Under the pieces are notes generated by a model. The model searched no databases. It was given only the letters and a program-made list of their open reading frames with translations, and was not told where the DNA came from. Made by a program: the position numbers and the translations under genes. Shown piece by piece: positions 52,304 through 64,000 of a DNA stretch of 64,000 nt. The DNA lies in contig NC_087251.1 of assembly GCF_037042905.1 (NCBI RefSeq), forward strand, positions 11,410,001 to 11,474,000, written 5' to 3'. This stretch comes from Lytechinus pictus. Taxonomy: Eukaryota. Each line of letters opens with the position of its first letter. Within the stretch, counting starts at the first letter, position 1.

Positions 52304-53544
52304 ATTCGGCATGAGTAGAAAGGAACCTGCCCGCACTGTGGCACACGCCCTTTTCCTTGGTTAGGAAACACCCCAAAACGGACCTTCCTCTCCAAAATCA
52401 GAAGTCAGAGTGAGCTGGCTTGGCTTTTCTCGCCAGCACACCAAACAGAAATATGTAACACAAAGAGTCTGTCATCCTACACACCTGTTAACCTATAGTC
52501 TACTTATTATGACAACCCAGCCTGTTGAAATACCAGGCAACCTATCATGCCTATAGTTCAGTTACTAAGGTATGCAGTCCACATCTGTACATGGAGTTTA
52601 ACAAAAGAGTTTAACAAAACATGGACTTTAACAAAAGGGTTATCTAACTTTGAATAAGATCCTACAAAGATCAACAAAAGTTTGAGTAAAATAGGACTAG
52701 CAATAGAAGAGTTATGAGCATTTGAATGTCGAGATCACTAATGCTATGGAGATCCTACCATTGGCAATGCGACCAAGATCTATGATGTCACAGATGAACA
52801 ACTCTCCCCTTTTGGACACTGAAAATATACCCCAAAACATCTCTTTTTGCTCATTCTAATCATATGACAAACGATTCATCAAAGATATAATGTTGTGAAA
52901 CCTCTGTACTTGTCCTCTCATAAAGAGAACACCTCACCTTGTGATAGACTCTATAAAAGTGAGAATATAAGTGAAATAAGTACTAAAGTAATGGAGTTGT
53001 ACGTGTGTGACATCACAGATCTTGGTCGCATTGCCAATGGGAGGAACTACATGGCATTAGTGATCTCAATATTCAAATGCTCATAACTTTCTTATTATTC
53101 ATTCAATCTTCCTCAAACTTTCAACAATATGTTTCTTTGATTTTTCTTTTATATGGATTCAGCTGGTTTCAAGGGTTTCATTCTCCTTTAAGTAATAAGG
53201 GATACATCATGTAACGGTGGCGGATGGGGAGGGGGCTGAAGCATCTGAAAATTTTCACTGAAATTATTTGATATCTTATATATTTCTTAAATTCTTTTCT
53301 GTTATGAATACAACTTTGATTTTTTTCCCCGTAATATTTCGGTAGGTTTAAGATGATAAATCATCACATTTTCTCCCTTTCTAACTTAGCTTATTTTTCT
53401 TCTTCTTCCTATTTATCCCCCCCCCCCTCAGTTGTCCAGGTCTTTTCCTCCTTCTTGTTATTTTTGTTCTTCTCATATCCCCTTTTTCACTTCTTTTTGT
53501 GAATTCAATCATTTAGCAATCCATTCTCTCTTTGCTTTATAAAT

Positions 53545-53855
53545 CCATCCATCAACTTATCCATCTGTCCATTTCATCCACCAACTCATACTCCATCCTT
53601 CCATCCATTCTCCCATCTATCCATCCATGCATTCATCTATCAAACCATCCATCATCCCATCTTTCCATCCATGCATTCATCTATCAATCCATCCATCCAT
53701 CCTCCCATCTATCCATCCATGCATTCATCTATCAATCCATCCATCCATCCTCCCATCTATCCATCCATGCATTCATCTATCAATCCATCAATCCATCCAC
53801 CCACCCACCCATCCATCAATCCATCCTTCCATGATCCATCCATCCATCCATCAAT
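53545..53855. repeat. (CCAT)n-based microsatellite with about 48-bp higher-order unit
   Basis: ccatccatcc arrays; ctcccatctatccatccatgcattcatctatcaa repeated about four times. Confidence 0.9.
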
Positions 53856-55542
53856 TGCTTTCATGCAGCAGATCAATTAAAGTTTGTATTGATATTTACC
53901 TATGTTAAATATCAATTTGGAGGGAGAGGGGGGGGGGGGGGCTTTATTATTGGATAAACTTTTTTCTTCAGACAATAAAACAGATACTGATACAACTTCA
54001 AAAATCAATTCTGATCCCAGCTCTCAAATACCATTTTTTAAGAAGCTTTCACTTTGGCCAATATTTGCATCCATTCTACAACATACTGGAATATCAATGC
54101 ACAGAACAATCCAAACTTATCCCAGCTGACACAATTCATGCAGAGAACATTGAAAAACAATAATAATAAACAACATATGACATTTAGATATATTTATTAA
54201 AACTTGCAAATTCATTACTTACATTAATGTATAAATCATTTAATAATATTGTAATTATACTTAATACATACATGTTTACATTATGTACATTATAATAAAA
54301 CAATAGATAACAATAGTTATTTACAAGTTACCTCAAGTAATTTGTATATTTACTAGTAACTGTTTGCATGAAGACGAGGTGGCTTGGACGGAAATATAAA
54401 GTAGACGATAATATATGGATTGCTTTTTCTTTAAAATTCAATATAGAACATCTGAAAAATATTTCAATGTCAAGAGAAGGATGAAGTATCCATTGCTTTT
54501 ACAATCTAAAAAGTAGTGCATTATTGGGGAAGGGAAAACACTGAAAACAAATAGGAAGATATAAAGAAGACAAAGTGTTATGGATGTTTAATTAAATATG
54601 GTGAAAGACAATGTGCCATTCTGTAGAAAGATGAAGCTTAACTTGGCAAGGCTTTTTAGGAATAACCTGCAAGATTAAACCTTCATGCATGGCATTTTCA
54701 TAATTCAACCAAGGCTTAATTCCAAACTAAAACATATTCCAATCTACACTTGTATGGTATGCTAGTTTTCTTCTTCAATATCAATGACAGAAATAGTAGT
54801 TAAGAATTCATGAAATTCATTTTATATTCATACTTTCATTCTCTTCATACTCACAGCAGGATATAAATAATCTGCACTTTATGAATTATTAAGCCACTAG
54901 CATTCTATAAGTGTGGTTTGAGTTAGGTTAAAATAAGTTCACCAATGCTAAGAGCATATTAAGCCATTGAAAATGATTTCCTGTTGATGTGTGTCGTCAT
55001 ATATCACTGACTCACCCATTTACCAATTAACACAATTATCACAAGATATTTAATGGGTCATTTGAGAATATGTTTCAATGATACCAGGGTTCCCTCTTAT
55101 AAGAGTTGTGATTGATCCGATCAACTTCAACCATATGGAAATCCATCGATGTCATGATTTTTCCTACAGGAAATTTGCACAATGTCGTTTGGTAAACAAA
55201 GAGAAGCACACTGAATTGTCAAGATGATGATGAATGTATGAGCATATATCATATCAAGGAAACATTTTGAACAAACATGCATTTTAGAAGTTTGCATTGC
55301 TGGCTTTCCATAATTGTGGTTGAAAATGGAGAAGTGTATATTTATAGAATACAAGCATAAGGCAACATTGTCATGGTTGCATCACACACAGGGGATGCAC
55401 TTCTGCATATTCATCAATAGGATAATGCTAACTACCATCAGATCATTTGTTTTTAAGACTTTAAATCACTCTTTCACTTTGTGAAACCCCCTCCAGAACC
55501 AACTTAGACATGAAAAGAACCAATGTTACTCCATGTTTTTTC

Positions 55543-55773
55543 TCAGAACTGTGGATTACCAAACCCCACTTCCTCCTGCGTCTTGTTGATTTCCTCCAGA
55601 AGCCCATCATCAGACAGTCCCACCTTGAGGGAATACTTGTAGGCCTGCTCAGCCTCCTGCTGTCGACCGGTCCTTAGGCACACCAGGGACAGGTAGCCCC
55701 AAACCTCAGGGTCGCTGTTGTTCAGTATGTTAGCCTCACAGAGAGCATCTTCTGCTTCAGACAGTTCTCCAAG
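55543..55773 (-). CDS. CFAP70: CFAP70 (TTC18) last coding exon ([19 protein letters not shown]...EVGFGNPQF*)
   Basis: Matches the known CFAP70 C-terminus pattern [41 protein letters not shown]; acceptor tctgaag. Confidence 0.93.
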   Translation of the reverse strand, partial: LGELSEAEDALCEANILNNSDPEVWGYLSLVCLRTGRQQEAEQAYKYSLKVGLSDDGLLEEINKTQEEVGFGNPQF

Positions 55774-57176
55774 CTTCAGACGAAAAGGGGAACAGAGTGA
55801 CCAATACTGTATCAGTTGAAATTTAGAACTGGTTGTATATCTTTTAAGCTAACATGTACCACATCATCCAAAAATTCTACTTCTGTATATTTCCATTGCT
55901 GTACATGAAAACAACAAAGTGTTAAAATTACAACTTATAACTATGCTGAATCAGTGAATTATAGTCATAGTATACGTACAACAGAATATTGGCTTATTCA
56001 GTTGCATGGTTTCCAGTCATTTTATTTAATGAAAGTTGGTCTCATTTCGGGGAATTTTTCACAGAAAGAGTTTCGATTAAAACTACTCAAACAGTCAAGA
56101 GCGAGTCTCAAATGCACCCTGGTTGAAAATCAAGTTGTGTTTGACTTTCAGAATTGTATTTTGCATTTGATTGCAAATCTTTTTTAAATGGGTCCCTGAT
56201 CACCACTACCGACAATTTTAGATGGTTTTTCAGTCTCATTTGTGCCCCTGAAAAGGCAGCTATATAGTGGTGCTCTGAAAATTACCTGATTGGATTGTAT
56301 TAGACCATTACCACGACAACCCAAACCCTGCTATATTTGGCCAACACCTCTTGATTTTAACAAGGATTATTGAAAGGTAATCTTAAGATAAGCACTTCAT
56401 TTCTTACATAAGAAAATTACATTGTCTATGCCAAAATGTCTACAATCCTCCCATCTTTAGTAGGAAAATTACAAGATTAAGAGAATAGAGCTTAAAAGAA
56501 AATGGGTTTTTTTCTGCATATATTGTGTTTTGTTGCTATTTCAGGTGACAATCCTGAATAGATACCATTCCTCATAATGCAGTTAAAGTCATATATACAC
56601 ACATGGTGCATTTCTATTGATACTGACAAGTAATGCACAGCATGTAGTCTAGGACATTTCATTTGTGTTTCATTAGTTTCATTAACTGTTTTTAAAGTAA
56701 CATTATCAAACTTTATGAAGAGGAAAATGGCAAGACGAATATTCCTCTCAAGGATTTTTAAAGTATAAGAATATTTTGAGATATGGAGATTTGATGAACA
56801 TTTTCACTGCAAAACTACATTTTCAAGAAATTTCTTTAAAATCATTTGAAATATAGTAAAATTAATAAGAATGTGGGGAAAATACTTGGCCTCGCATTTC
56901 AAATTCATATCCTAGTCGTTTGCAAAGATATGCATACTTTAATGAAGGGGGGGGGGGGATATTCCACAAAGAGTTAAATGTGACTTAAATGCTGACACAC
57001 ACATTATATGTAACACTCAGTCTTATTGAGTAATATGCAGAAGCGTACATTCTCTTTGCATGATTTGACCAATGCGGTGATGCAAGCTACTGTGAATTAA
57101 AGTGTAACTCTAAGTCATGCTCAAGTTTTTATGAAATATCCCCCAGGTCTATGAAACAGGTGTCATGTGTACTTAC

Positions 57177-57266
57177 CCTGAAGCATGCAATGCCTACACC
57201 AAGCCATGAAATGCAAGATGGAGAGTTCTTACAGGCAAGCAGGAATATTGTCTTGGATTTATCATA
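57177..57266 (-). CDS. CFAP70: CFAP70 exon, TPR (YDKSKTIFLLACKNSPSCISWLGVGIACFR)
   Basis: tttcag|TAT...AGG|gtaagt; ACK.SPSC..WLG.GIAC motif. Confidence 0.93.
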
Positions 57267-57620
57267 CTGAAAAATAAAACAAATAAATCATGATTATGTT
57301 GTCTTCATGCTGCTTCTATATAGTGAAACAAAAATAAGATCTTGTAGACATCCAGGACCCCATACCATAAAGCTTAGTAATTGACTGTAAAGTTCATTTG
57401 TACAATCGATTGCACAAAATGATAAATGTAATTAATCTTAAAAATCATTGCTTTGACCAATTTCTTAACTTTGTGTTAAGGAGCCTGGAAGACAGCCGAT
57501 AAAACGCCTAAAGGCTAAGAGCATTCTTAAAAACAAGTTGATTTTAATATATAAAGAACATCAAACAGGCATACATGTAACAATAAAATCTCATAAAAAA
57601 GTTTCAGTTAAAAAAACCAA

Positions 57621-58615
57621 AACAAGTGGAACGCCTCTGGCAGTCTCGCCTGCATTACGCAATTTAATATAGCAGCAGTGCTAACTTTGAAACTACTATA
57701 AAATAATCATTCACAAAAACACCATTCATATAATGACATAATACCACGTTCATTGACCATAAATGACATTTGAATGGAGACTTAAGACTGTCAACTACAC
57801 CCATGTCCACATTTCATTCACTCTATCCATAAACTTTCAAAGTTATGATGGCAATTCAACAATTACCCCAACATGGCCTAAGTTTTATTGAACTTAACTG
57901 ACCTTTGACTTGGTTTTGTGACCTGAAACTCACAGGGGATGTTCAGTGATGCTTGATTACTCTTATATCCCAAGTTTTATGAACTAGATTCATAAACTTT
58001 CAGAGTTAGGATGGTAATTCAACAAATACCCCCAACACGGCCAAAGTTCATTGACCTTTAATGACCTTTGACCATGGTCATGTGACCTGAAACTTGTACA
58101 GGATGTTCAGTGATACTTGATTACTCTTATGTCCAAGTTTTATGAACTAGATCCATAAACTGTCAGAGTTAGGATGGTAATTTAACAAATACCCCCAACA
58201 CGGCCAAAGTTCATTGACCTTAAATGACCATTGACCATGATCATGTGACCTGAAACTCGCACAGGATATTCAGTTGTACTTGATTAACCTAATGTCCAAA
58301 TTTCATGGACTAGATCCATGAATTTTCAAAGTTATGATGGTAATTCAACAAATACATGTACCCCCAACTTGGCCAAAGTTCATTGACCCTAAATGACCTT
58401 TGACCTTGGTCACGTGACCTGAAACTCAGGCAGAATGTTCACTAATACTTGATTAACCTTATGTCCAAGTTTCATTGACTAGGTTTATATACTTTCTAAG
58501 TTATGATGTCATTTCAAAAACTTAACCTTAGGTTAAGATTTGATGTTGACGCCGCCGTCGCCGTCGGAAAAGCGGCGCCTATAGTCTCGCTCTGCTATGC
58601 AGGCGAGACAAAAAA
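57621..58615 (-). mobile_element. Helentron-associated (HINE-like) element with about 163-bp internal tandem array
   Basis: Sub-terminal inverted pair gtctcgcctgcat (57643) / atgcaggcgagac (58597); A-run ends; about four units containing tgacctttgac; interrupts a decayed TTAA MITE (about 57510-58850). Confidence 0.7.
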
Positions 58616-58939
58616 CAGGGTTGCAGGGATGTGCACAACATGGGCAGTATGCAAATGAAGAGAAACCGATGTTACACAAACACTGTTAATTTCATATTTG
58701 ATAACATAAAATTTCAAACATTAAAAAAAAATTCTCAATAATATATAATATGACTTGTCTCCTCATGGAACAAAATCTAGTTGACTATAAGTTATTATGA
58801 TTAAATGGAGAGCTGCTTTATCAGAACTGAAATATAGTAAATCTTTTTAAGAGGATAAAGATACCAATAGAACGATACCACATTTCAAAGTAAATAATTA
58901 ATTAAATCAAATATCAAAATAAGAAGATGGGATAATTAC

Positions 58940-59101
58940 CTGTCCATCTTGGAGATAAATGGAAGCCAGACGAAGGTAAATGGCATGCATCTCCCTGGCA
59001 TCAGCAACAAAAGACAAGGTCCTCTCATAGCAATCCTTGGCCTCCTCAAAGTTACCTTGAAGGTAACGAAGATGGCCCAAGATAGACCAGGCATCAGGGT
59101 C
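58940..59101 (-). CDS. CFAP70: CFAP70 exon, TPR (DPDAWSILGHLRYLQGNFEEAKDCYERTL...YLQDGQ)
   Basis: gtccag|GAC...CAG|gtaatt; TPR consensus W..LG..Y...G...A...Y. Confidence 0.93.
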
Positions 59102-59712
59102 CTGGACCAGAAAAGGAAAGGAAAGTTTGTCAGCAACAAGGTTTAGTTTAATTCATTCAGGATAATGAGATTATTTGCAAACTTAAATGTATCGGATTTA
59201 TTATTAAAATCGTGTGAATTAGTATTCTTTTTATTATTTTGTTACCTTTTTCTTTGATCGTTAATTATAATAAATAACAATTATAAATGAAAATACAAAT
59301 AATAAAGTGCTTGTATCCACTCTGAAGAGTGCTCAAGTCATTAATTATCATTTGCTCTAGCCCAAATGCTTTCCTGGTGCACACTCGTTTCAAGGAATGA
59401 ATATGCAGAAAAAGATAAAGATAGAGTCTTTTAAAAATTCGAAATTGGCAAATTTTATTGCATTGCCATTTTAAGGATTTGGATATCATTTTTTGTTAGT
59501 ATTGAAGGAGGGACACTTTAGGCAATAATCATGAGTACAGTACGTGTGATTTTTTTCTTTAGTGATATAAAAGAGAAATTGAAATGAAATATGAGTGAGA
59601 TTTCTGTGAATAGATACCAACTATGAGGTGCATTCTAGATGTGATCTATTGCTTTTATCATCATTTTCAATTTACATAATCCAAATTCAAATGAAAGAAA
59701 CTTAAATCTTAC

Positions 59713-59865
59713 CTGATAGTTTAGTACCAGTGCTTGGTTGAGACTCTCATTGGCTTCTTCTAAGGCTTTCTTCTGTAGTTTGAGTCTAGCTAGGGCTACA
59801 TGATAGGCTGTGGTTGGTCCTCCCATTGGGTCTAACAATTCATGGGCCAGGGCACGTTCACAGAA
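59713..59865 (-). CDS. CFAP70: CFAP70 exon (FCERALAHELLDPMGGP...ALVLNYQ)
   Basis: atgtag|TTC...CAG|gtaaga; phase 0-0. Confidence 0.9.
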
Positions 59866-60192
59866 CTACATGATGAGAAGACAAATTGAATGAATACTTG
59901 ACAATAACAGGCAACTTTAGGTTTGCTAAACAATTTTGATTATATTAATCTAAATAAATTGAAGGAAAAGGAATTTAAAAAAAAATTAAAATTAGATCTT
60001 GAATTGCCTAATTTTCTCCTTCCTGCATGCTTTTATCTCCTAGTAAGTACTCTACAAGAAACGTCTTGTCAACTTCTACAATGTAAAGTTGGCATGTATA
60101 ATAGATAAATGTGAGATCCTTAAAAAATATAATAAAATAACAGAAGGTAATATAAAAGGAAAAGTACAGCTCGAACTGCAAAATTGTCTTAC

Positions 60193-60401
60193 CTGCATGC
60201 CTTTAACCTCCAGTAGGAACTCCACAGCAATCATAAAGATTGTGGTCTCTGGGACAGGAGGACTTTCCTTCTGAGTGGCCCCACCCTCTTCTTCCCCCTC
60301 CTGTTGTGGTTCGGCAATCGCAGAGCCTGGCCGACTGACCCCCTTGACGCTGCCTGCTCTCTGACTGGTAGCACTGGTTGTCCGTTTGACCTGCTCTGGA
60401 C
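60193..60401 (-). CDS. CFAP70: CFAP70 exon (GPEQVKRTTS...TIFMIAVEFLLEVKGMQ)
   Basis: ctcttag|GT CCA...ATG CAG|gtaaga; IFM....FL motif precedes the LAHELL exon. Confidence 0.85.
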
Positions 60402-62750
60402 CTAAGAGAGTACGACGACGATGATGATGATTATGACGATGGGGATGGACTATATATATATTCATTCACAAATAAATGGATTAGGTTTTGTGGGATTTGA
60501 TATGGCAATGGTAAAGATAAGAACAAAATTGATTGCACATGATTGCAGGTTGTCAAGAGATAATTATAATTTATCTTTGATACTTGCTCAAGCATCACAT
60601 CATCATATAAGATGATTTGAAAAGTGGTAATCTGAAATTATGAAATGGATAAAGTTAGTATCTCAATCACCAATGGTATATATCACTGAATGAAAAAATA
60701 TATATATATTTATATATATATTTATATATATATTTACAAGAGTTTGCATTTCAAAGATATTGATTGCAAAACCCCCAAAAAGCAGCTTTTAAATAATTTA
60801 AATTATTTTAAAGTAAGATGGGCAAGATAAAGACAAACATTTGATTTTGGGAGGGGCGGGGTCATTAATCTTTGAACTGATTTCAAATTGAATTTTGAGA
60901 AACACCCTCTGTAACATGTATGTAAAATAGATAATAATTATTGCAAATTCCACACACATGATGTACATATTTTTCCTCTCCAAAAAAATCATAATGTGGT
61001 CCCTGTGGATGTTGCATCAATCCCTAATAATAAATTATAGAATAAATATAAAATATATTAAAAAATCACAAATCAATGAACTTTAAAGTGAATTTACACA
61101 TATCAGATAATGCATCATGAAAATGGTGCATAAACATAAGAAATGTTAGAGCTATATGTTTCTTTATTCATAATCCATGAATAATACAACTGCTCAAACC
61201 TTTGACTACCGTTATTTTTCTTGTCTTCAAACATCAAAGTTATTTTTCTTTGACTTTGGAGTATGATATATTACATCATTACCAGCCATTGAAATGCTCT
61301 TGTTATAAAAAGAATCTATACCCACAATCTTTCTTCATCACTTATTAAGACAACAGAATACATGTTTGCCTAAAATTCTTATATTGTTAATGGAATAGAA
61401 CTCTATTTAGTTATAAATCTTTGAATTTAACATAATCATTAGAAACTTCACACAGTGTTTGATTAATAAACACACTTCCAATGATAGGGAAAATAAATCC
61501 ATGTTAATAGTAGGATTGTGGTTTGGTGTGGGGTAATCATATTGTTGATGGGACATGGAGCAGGGAGGGTGAGGGGGATTGTGGGGTGAAAAGAGTGTGG
61601 AGGTAATGATAGTTTAAATAGCAAAAATGTACATGATAGTGATTTCAAATTCATTTTACAATTCATGTACTGCTTTTCTTTTATAATGCTTAAATTATAA
61701 CTTGTATCATTCTTACAGAAGTGTTTTTTAAAAATCACCAGAGAGCAGTTTTAGATGAAAAAAAAGCCTAAAGTCACCAAATAACACCTTTTCTCCATTT
61801 TACTACAATTTCAAGCAATTTTACACAATCAATTGCTAGCCTCCTTTTTCTTTCTTGTTCTAAGATGATGCTATTTATTGTTTTCGTTTCTGGTTTTCTA
61901 CCCAGAAAAATTATGTGTGTTTTAAGGGAAATTATACTATTATATTTTTTGCTAGCTGGCAAGATACAAGAGGGGATTATTCTAAAATATATGTGGGATG
62001 AAGGAAAGCAATAGATATAACTCAAATATTAAGTAAGTATCCCAAATTGCATCCCATTGTGTGATTTATTCCTCTGAAAAAAAAATGACAACTACAAAAT
62101 ACATTCTTTAATAAACAAAATATTCCCCTTGAGTATAATTAAACTTTGCATGTAATACATCAGAATTTACATTTGCAGGCATTAGGAATCAAAAGTTTGG
62201 TTATAGTTAGTTCAATAAAATACAAATCTTAATGAATCCTTTTGGTTCCTGGTAATTAAACACAAATGGAACATCTGAAATTGATTGGAAAAACTTCAGA
62301 AAGACTTTTTCTCTCCTTTTTGTTTTACATACATCAATAAAGGTTTAGCTGAAAGAAAACCAAATTTTGAATTTACATATGTGAGAATAGCTCCATAATT
62401 TATTTCTACATATTATTCCTCTTTAAGAAGAAATTTTTTGGCAGCAATCATGCATTCTTTATACCAAATGATTGCAACCACATAATAGCTTTAATTGGCT
62501 TACTGCATATGTCAGTTAGTTTAATGGAAGCCTCTTTTCTGGACAGTGTTTGTGTCATTTATGACAATTATGACATCTAATCAGTGATTTTCCACTGACA
62601 AATTTGCTCTCTGTCAATCAGATGCACAGATTTCATTCGCTTCTACCAAATGTCAGTAACATCTACTGCCAAAAAACATTTTCATTAATTACTCCAATGG
62701 TGAATGTAATGACACCATGATATTTTCAATAGACTCCTTTATATGTAGAT

Positions 62751-63190
62751 TTAAAGGGGAAGTCTACCCTGGCATCAGGTTGGCTTAATTGAGAGCAAGA
62801 ACATGAGAGAAACATATCAATGAGGGTTTGGTTAGAATGTAAAAATTATTTTATCTTCAAATGTTTGATGTCTTAAATGACCAGTTTCCACATGTTTCAT
62901 GAAAAATAAATTCTGTAAATTACCATTTTAAGGGTGTTTTATAATGACTGATTGCATGTATATATTTTCATTCTGATAAAAATGCACAGGTAAAACAATT
63001 CCATTTTCTTGAGTAAAAGGCACTCTTAATGGAATTCACGTTACATGACATATGGGGGAGATGTTGATATGTAAATTGCAAATTTCAAATTAAAAAAATG
63101 TGTAATTCCGTTAATCTGTGATGGATTTTCACCAAACTTAGTTTCTCCATACGTTCTGCTTTCATTAACATCAACTTGCCAACGGGAAGG
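62751..63190. mobile_element. Decayed TTAA-type MITE
   Basis: ttaa-aggggaagtctaccctggcatcaggttg start; atcaacttgccaacggg near the end. Confidence 0.5.
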
Positions 63191-63340
63191 ATTTATATAG
63201 CTTGGTTATTTCCATTTCATTTATATGATATTTAGCAGTTGTTAATATGCAGCACACACAATCTTTTTATGTTACTTCAAATACATGTTAATGATCTTTG
63301 CTTCATTATAATCATCAGAGCAAACAATATAACAAGTTAC

Positions 63341-63365
63341 CTTTCTGGCCAGTTTGATTAACAGA
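63341..63365 (-). CDS. CFAP70: Candidate CFAP70 25-nt microexon (SVNQTGQK-G)
   Basis: ctcatttcag|TCT GTT AAT CAA ACT GGC CAG AAA G|gtaact; phase-1 end fits exon 60193-60401; supported by splice signals only. Confidence 0.45.
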
Positions 63366-64000
63366 CTGAAATGAGTCTAAACAAGTAAATGAAATCAAAC
63401 AAAATTAACAGAAATACACACGCAAAACATTAAAAAGAGAGTCATCTATTAAGCAAAATATGAATTAAAAGCAAAATGCCAATGCCCAAGTCTCAAAGAA
63501 AAAACATCGCCACCTGAAAAGGCAAGAGAACATTATACAGCAATGGAAAAGAAAAGATAAAAAATAAAAAAATCTGTGTGAAGTATTTAACTGAAGCGAT
63601 GTTGAAAATGATTTTCTGAATCAGATTTTAAAGATTCCTAATTTTAAACTCAAGAGCACAATGAACTTTTTCAAAATCACTGAGTCAATATGAATATAAT
63701 TAGTGGGATATTTTAAGAGCTTAAACATGCCAACAGAAAAAAAAAATTGACAGGAAGAAAAAAAAATCTGGCAGTTGTGAGTTTTATGTAAAAGATCATC
63801 GAATCATTGTTGATTGCCTAACAACTCCTATACCAATGCATCATTGGTATTCATATGTGTTTGATTGTAATATTCTTTTCATTTTCATTTCCCTGTTAAA
63901 CCGTTATCCAGGTGATGCAATAGTAAAACATATTGCAAAAAGCGAGCCTGTACAATACACAGTTCAAATAATGCAACTGAGATATTTGAAACTCATATAG

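Larger units (their letters stand above)
48985..52666. mobile_element. Long-TIR foldback with TGT...ACA ends and 5-bp TSD AAGAT (Ginger-like; nest layer 3)
   Basis: AAGAT|TGTAGGATCTTATTC ... GAATAAGATCCTACA|AAGAT; about 875-bp arms (48985-49859 versus 50040-50559 plus 52312-52666); 180-bp spacer. Confidence 0.92.
48922..53187. mobile_element. TTAA-flanked Kolobok-like MITE (nest layer 2)
   Basis: TTAA|AGGAGAATGAAAC ... GTTTCATTCTCCT|TTAA. Confidence 0.88.
48290..53280. mobile_element. Outer, diverged foldback element hosting the nest (boundaries approximate)
   Basis: Left arm acatgatg..ttacttaattgtatttcccttgatcggtatta..ctgtaggcagcagg; right arm cctgctgcctacag..taataccgatcaagggaaatacaattaa, resuming after 53191 as gtaa..catcatgta. 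Confidence 0.7.

Noticed and set aside
53532..53908. Three overlapping H/P/S/I-rich ORFs
   Set aside because: Translation of the CCAT microsatellite

Overview
AT-rich, intron-rich animal genomic DNA. The gene structure and repeat families suggest an invertebrate deuterostome such as a sea urchin (inference). The window holds three genes. (1) The 3' part of kinesin-3 KIF16B on the + strand: 17 phase-compatible exons, 430-40105, about 1056 aa, covering the post-motor coil, FHA domain, long coiled coil and C-terminal PX domain; the motor exons lie upstream of the window. (2) A class A GPCR nested antisense in the 14.5-kb first visible KIF16B intron (CDS exons 10295-10300, 4236-4404, 2649-3568). 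It has Lys at the opsin retinal-binding position (bovine K296), Glu at the 292-equivalent and no acidic residue at the usual counterion sites; this is the most interesting signal. (3) The 3' exons of the TPR protein CFAP70 on the - strand, convergent with KIF16B. Mobile DNA is abundant: a 6-kb DIRS1-type retroelement with near-perfect ITRs and ICR but ruined coding sequence (18565-24543); a five-layer nest of non-autonomous DNA transposons, four layers with intact TSDs (about 48290-53280); a 1.6-kb foldback in a KIF16B intron; TTAA (Kolobok-like), hAT-like, Tc1-like and Helentron-associated-like elements; tRNA-derived SINEs; and local tandem duplications. All calls come from manual reading and remembered family motifs; no database search was run.
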